Positions 57,644 to 64,000 of a stretch of 64,000 bases of DNA are shown in pieces. Made by a program: the position numbers and the translations under genes. This DNA is from Octopus vulgaris (Eukaryota), in contig OX597821.1 in the NCBI GenBank assembly GCA_951406725.2, positions 110,298,001-110,362,000 of the forward strand. Reading direction: 5' to 3'. The notes under the pieces were generated by a model. It was not told where the DNA came from, searched no databases, and worked only from the letters and a program-made list of their open reading frames with translations. Position 1 is the stretch's first letter, and each line of letters starts with the position of its first letter.

Positions 57644-58450
57644 AGAAGTTTCTGCTGTTTCTTGAAGTGATACAACTTCTGAAAACGGGATCGAAACCGA
57701 GAGCCTTTAGAACATCCTCCAAGTAATGATTGCTGACCTTATTAAAAGCTTTCGATTGATTGAAGTTGATTCGTACCCCACCAAAGTCAAGTGTATTTCT
57801 TATCTTTCCTCTGGTGTATAACATGAGGTGGATCTTATCCAAGATGAACCTGATCGTATTTGTACATGCCTGCGCTCTTCCGACCTCACCTTCGACAAAA
57901 AGCATCAACCTCTTTGCTAAACCTTGAACAAAACACTACATCCACTAAAGCTACGAATTGCAAATTATTAACGAAATCTCTTAAATTCTTGTCATTCCTA
58001 TGTTGTGATACCACGCCCCGAATCCCAAAACTAGGAATTGCCCCGTTCTGCTAAGCAATAAGTGAAGAAATCATAGAAGCATTAAACTCATAAGTTTTGC
58101 CATCTAAATCAAGCAACCCAGGTATCGTATATCTATTTATTGTCATCCTCATTTCAGTTGATGTTATCAGCTTTTCGCTGCACTCTATATCTTTTGCCAA
58201 GATTTGCGGCTTGCCATCGGGAGAGGGTCTAAAGTTTATTACCGTCGCCTTCTCAGCACTAACTCAGAACAGTTAATGCCGCCGGAAAGCCAAATACATC
58301 TGCTTGGGATCGATTATCATACACCCGTCCAGATACGACAAAAACAGGATCGTAGTTTGTTGCTTTTAGTACCACGTCGCATCGCTACGAACAGACTCCG
58401 TGGCACAGTATTCTTCGAGTCCATTCCTTAGCTCTGACGACGCAAGCTTT
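57640..58450 (-). mobile_element. Old L1/Tx1-like RT remnant
   Basis: Minus strand INFNQSKAFNKVSNHYLEDVLKALGF resembles the Tx1 motif DQxKAFDRVxHxYL..VL...GF; heavily disrupted. Confidence 0.6.
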
Positions 58451-58477
58451 GTCTTCCCCATTGAACAAATGACTTAG

Positions 58478-58646
58478 CCCTTTAGCATTTAAACCGGCCA
58501 CATCCGGTCCAAATATTTTATCTGCTTTGTGCTCAAACTGGTCAGATCCAGCCTCTCACTCCTACACTATAATCTCGCACGAATAAATCAAAATAACGTG
58601 AATAAGTAAGCATTACATTTGACAGACTAATCTAAATGCTAAAGGA
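58478..58646. mobile_element. piggyBac-like MITE
   Basis: TIRs CCCTTTAGCATTTA and TAAATGCTAAAGGA; TTAG on both sides. Confidence 0.75.
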
Positions 58647-59070
58647 TTAGGGGTATTCTCGGCGCTGGAACATCAGTTGCCCTGCCTTTCCAAATCGTCT
58701 CTTCTAATCTATTTCCTCTGTTGTTACTTCTTTGATAAAACTCACACGTTCTACTCCCATCACCCTCTTCTGAGTTATTGCCGCCAACCGTGATAATTGA
58801 ATCTGTCACATGATACTTAACTAAAACGTTAAACCTGCTCTTGTAGCTTCTGTGCCCCGGTGAAGATGCATTCCACTTATTTAACTTCCGGTGGTTAGGT
58901 TCGTTTTGTTTGACTTCCGTTTGGGTCGACCATAAAGGTCAGAAATTTTTTTATCTGTGTTGTCACAACCAGTTGATGTCGGGGGACATCATGTCTGCAG
59001 ACCGCTAAAACAATTGCAAGTCAATAGACGAAAAGACTAGAACGGGGGGAGGAAGTTCGAGAGAGACGAT

Positions 59071-59142
<72 letters not shown>

Positions 59143-59274
59143 GATGATGATGATGATAATGATAATGGTTTCAAGTTTGGCCACATGGACAGCAATTTTG
59201 GGGGAGGGGAGGGGTCGATTACATCGACTTAAGTGTTCAACTGGTACTTATTTTATCGACTCCGGCAAAAAGAC

Positions 59275-60790
59275 AATCATTTGCTATTCATGGATGACCT
59301 CAAACTTTGTGGTAAAGATGACGCCCAAGTCAGTTCCCTAGTTGATACGGTGTATGTCTTCAGTGCTGATATCAGAATAGAGTTCGAACTGAGAAAGTGT
59401 GGTGTGTTAGTATTGAAGAGAAGCAAAATCAAATGTATGGACGGACTAACGATACCGTCAGGGAAGGTTATGAAGCAGAGAGAAGAGACAGGCTATAAGT
59501 ACTTGGGAATTTGGGAAATGGATAAATTGATGGCGAAAGAAATGACAGAAAAATTTAAGGTGAGACTGATACTTAAGTCGAAATTAAACGGATGGAATAA
59601 GATCGAAGCTATCAACACCTGGGCGGTTTCACTCCTTAGATATGGATCAGGAGTAATTGCATGGACAGTAGGTGAACTAAACAGCTTAGACAGAAAGACA
59701 AGGAAGTTGCTAAATAGATATGGGTCACTCCACCCAAAAAATGACACATATAGACTGTATGTACAAAGAAAAAGAGGGGAAGAGGACTTATTGGATGCGA
59801 ACACAGCATTAGAGCAGAAGAAACCAACATAGCATGGTATGTAAAAAAAAATGCCACAGAACCGCTATTATTAGAAATAGGAAGAAAGATTGCAAAGATC
59901 AAGCACTATACAAGAAATTGAAAATGAATGAAACTGAAAATAGGTGGGTAAAGAAAAGAATGCATGGTCAATTTCATAGGGATGTTGAAGATAAGACAGA
60001 CAGAGAAAAAAGATGACTGTGGATGACTAAAAGTGATTTAAAACCGGAAACGGAAGCCCTAATCTGTGCTGCCCAAGAGCAAACACTAAGAACAAACTAC
60101 ATAAAATACAGAATAGACAACGCATCAGAAAGTGATAAGTGCAGATTCTGTGGACAAAACGGTGAAAACATATGGTATATTACCAGCCAATGTACGCCAC
60201 TAGTCCAGAAAGAATATAAGAGACGCCTCGATAATATAGCCAGATTTGTCCATTGGACACTTTGCAACAAGTATGGACTTGACAGAGCAAAAAATTGGTA
60301 CGACCACAAATATGAAGGCATCGTCGAAAACAAAATGGAAAGATCTTATGGGATTTTAAGATTCAGAGCGACCATGAGGTTGAGAATAGGAAGCCAGACA
60401 TAGTCTTAATTGAGAAAGAAAACAAACTATGCTGGATCATAAATATAGCATGCTCAGCTGACAACAAGGTATGCGATAAGGAAGAAAGAAAAGTCGAGAA
60501 TTATGACAGGTTAGCTTGGGAAGTTAAGCAGTTATGGCCGATGAAAAAGGTAGCAGTAGTACCAATAATTGTCGGAGCCCTGGGAACAGTGAGCAAAAAT
60601 CTCGAGAAGTATGTGGAAGAAATAGGGGCAGCAATAAAGGTGGAGCACTTGCAGAAAACAGCACTGCTTGGAACCGCTCGAATACACCGAAAGGTGCACG
60701 AAAAATAAGAGGTGTTATCTTAGTTCACTGATAGTGGACAGCTGACACTGTAGTACCTCTCCAGCGTTAGAAGATGTAGAAAGGCAATAA
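59275..60790 (+). mobile_element. R4/Dong LINE 3' half, degenerate
   Basis: HLLFMDDLKL, YKYLG, CAAQEQ, CRFC, ends in (TAA)n. Confidence 0.9.
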
Positions 60791-60834
60791 TGATAATGAT
60801 GATGATGATAATAATAATAATAATAATAATAATG

Positions 60835-60868
<34 letters not shown>

Positions 60869-60870
60869 TC

Positions 60871-60901
<31 letters not shown>

Positions 60902-60912
60902 TAATAATAATG

Positions 60913-60967
<55 letters not shown>

Positions 60968-61083
60968 TGATGATAATAATAATAATGATAATAATATAAT
61001 AATAATAATAATAATAATAATAGCAAGGCCACTACGCATGCAAGACTCGAGGAGCCACAACAAAAACTGTGATAAAGAGAAAA

Positions 61084-61180
<97 letters not shown>

Positions 61181-61929
61181 TAGAAGAAGAAGAAGAAGAA
61201 GAAGAAGAAGGAGAAGAAGACGAAGAAGAAGAAAAAGAAGAAGAAGAAGAAGAAGAAGAAGAAGAAGGAGAAGAAGACGAAGAAGAAGAAGAAGAAGAAG
61301 AAGAAGAAGAAGAAGAAGAAGAAGAAGAAGAAGAAGAAGAAGAAGAAGAAGAAGAAATAGGCATAGTGGCTAAAGTAAAGAAAGAGAGCTGAATGGATCA
61401 AGTATGACGAGAGGTGGAGAGGTGGAAACACAAGTGGATCTCGGGTACTTGAGTTGTGAAGGTACGTGACTACTAGCTTAAGAGAGATCATTATTGTATA
61501 GCGATAGAAAAGACAGAACGAGAAAGGAGAGAGAGAGAGGGAGAGAGACAGACAAAGAGGCAGAAACCAAAAGAGACACAGAAACAGGCGGGCAGAGAGT
61601 GACAGAAAGAGAGATGCAGAGAGATAGACAAAGACAGAGAGAAACAGAGAGAGAGAGGAGGAGGAGGAGTGGAATATAACAGATTCTTCTTTATTTCCGT
61701 TATTTTCCTTTCCACGTCTTTGCACAGCCTCCATTTTCTTCCCCGAATATCTAACTAATCTCATGTACACATCTCAGCAATCTGTTTTACAAATCCAGAT
61801 GTTTTTTTTATTTAAATTTTTATGACCAATGTCTGTTCAATTATCCCGTATCGTATTTATCTACGTGTATGTTCATATATTAGACATTTCGACGAATTAT
61901 TATTATCATTATTATTACTATTATTATTG

Positions 61930-62004
<75 letters not shown>

Positions 62005-62372
62005 TTTTTATTATTACTATTTTTATTATTACTATTATTTTACAAAAATCCCTCTGGTTATTGAAGATCCCCTTCTCCCCACTTCTGGCCCTTCTGTTAC
62101 GTCTCACTAATACATCTTCTTCGTTATCTTCATACTCCCACCACCACCACCACCACCACCATCACTTCTCTCCCTCCATAAACGTCACCACCATCAACGC
62201 CACCATTATCTACGCCTTTATTTGTTTTAAATGTTCAAATTCCTTCATTTCATTCCGTCCGATGATCCTTTCTTTAAATAAATTGTTTATTTTTTCCTGT
62301 TTCGCATTTTCCTTCAATTATTAATATTTTAAAATATTTTCTCTTAATGTGCCCTCTCTCTTTCTCTCTCTT

Positions 62373-62406
<34 letters not shown>

Positions 62407-62412
62407 CCTCTT

Positions 62413-62514
<102 letters not shown>

Positions 62515-62899
62515 TCTCTCGCTGCTTCCATTTTTCCTTTATCTCTTCATCTCTCCATTTCTCCTTCGCTCTTGCATTTTCGTCTTTCCAATTTGACTTT
62601 CACATTTTCACTAAACACTCTCTCTCACCCTCCTTCACTTTTTCTCTCTATCTTTCTCTCTGCTTATCTATTACTTTTTCTCTGTCTCTCCACGCACCTC
62701 TCTTCATCTTTTTCTCTTTTATCTTTCCCCTGAGTGTGTGTGTGTGTGTATGTGTGTGTTTCGTAGCTTCATTTTTTTATCTCTTCCTATCTACCTTTCT
62801 CTCAGTGGCATTTTTCTCTTTCAAACTAACTTTCGAAATTTCTCTCTCTCTCTCTCTTACTCCCTCACTTTTACTCTGTATCTCCGCTCATTTCTCTGT

Positions 62900-63320
62900 C
62901 AGGCTCTGTCTCTCTATTTGACTGCCTCTCTCTCTGCCTCTGTCTACCTTTCTTTTTCTCTCTTTCACTCTCCCACTCCCTCTCTCCGTCTCTGTCATTC
63001 TCCTTCTCTGTCTGTTTGTCTCTCTATTTGAAAGCCTCTCTCTCTGCCTCTCTCTGCCTCTCTCTGCCTTTCTTTTTCTCTCTTTCACTCTCCCACTCCC
63101 TCTCTCCGTCTCTGTCATTCTCCTTCTCTGTCTGTCTGTCTCTCTATTTGAATGCCTCTCTCTCTGCTTCTCTCTGCCTTTCTTTTTCTCTCTTTCACTC
63201 TCCCACTCCCTCTCTCCGTCTCTGTCATTCTCCTTCTCTGTCTGTCTGTCTCTCTATTTGAATGCCTCTCTCTGCTTCTCTCTGCCTTTCTTTTTCTCTC
63301 TCTCACTCTCCCACTCTCCC
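62900..63320. repeat. Pyrimidine-rich tandem repeat, ~110-120-bp unit, about 3.5 copies, inside a 1.6-kb polypyrimidine-biased tract
   Basis: TCTCTATTTGA..GCCTCTC recurs at about 62911, 63021, 63141 and 63251. Confidence 0.9.
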
Positions 63321-64000
63321 TATCTCTCTCTCTCCATCCCTGTCAGTCACTTTCTCTGTCTTCTCTCTCTCTTTCTCTGTCTCCCTGTAAAGCTCCCTAC
63401 CTCTCTGTCAGTCTCTCTGCCGCTCTGTCAATCTCTCTCTCTCTCTCTATCAGTCTCTCTCTCTCTCTCTTCACCTCTCTCTCTCTCTATCAGCCTCTCT
63501 CTCTCTCTTCACATCTCTCTCCTTCGACTACCACCTCTTACTACTTCCCCTTTCAAATTCCTACATAGCGACGTAGCTTCTACTTCCGCTCTCCCTTCTC
63601 GTCAAATGTTAACTCTTACTTCTTGCTCACATTTCGTTAAGTTAGCATTAATAAGTCAACGTTTACCATTCTCCCGCGCCATCACCACCGCCACCTTCGC
63701 ACTTCCTGCAAACCCCTCTTTATTATCTCCTCTGCTATCGGTTTACCCCCTTCACAACATCCTTAACATCTACTTAAATCTTGCCTATCCTATCTATTTG
63801 CATCTGTTTAATTTCATCTGCCCTTCCTCTTCCCCTCACTTCTTCCCTTTATCTCTCATCGCATCTTTTCCTCTCACTTTCTTCTCTTTGCCCCTCTAAT
63901 ACTTTCCTTCCCATGCCCCCTCTCTCTCTCTCTTTCTCTTATTTCTTCTCACTATCTTTCCCCCACCTCTCTTTCTCTCTTTACATTGTTTTAACTCTGG

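Overview
Animal, AT-rich, microsatellite-saturated intronic or intergenic DNA. The SINE families and the (TA)n/(CA)n/(TAA)n density point to a coleoid cephalopod, probably Octopus (inferred, not database-checked). No host protein-coding gene can be supported, and most listed ORFs are microsatellite translations. The window is a retroelement landscape. It holds a near full-length R4/Dong LINE in (TAA)n (14644-18498, -), many Dong 3' fragments, a near full-length RTE LINE with a 12-bp target-site duplication (TSD) inside a SINE (43995-47968, +), CR1, Tx1-like and other RTE remnants, four tRNA-SINE families, a Helitron and several MITEs. The most notable signal is a set of about a dozen type I hammerhead-ribozyme-like motifs in Penelope-like element (PLE) termini next to (TA)n tracts. 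Several have non-canonical cores that keep the 3-8 base pair (U3-A8, A3-U8), some have very long helix II, and some sit in inverted repeats, including one with about 785-bp arms. All ribozyme calls come from manual pattern reading and folding and are untested.
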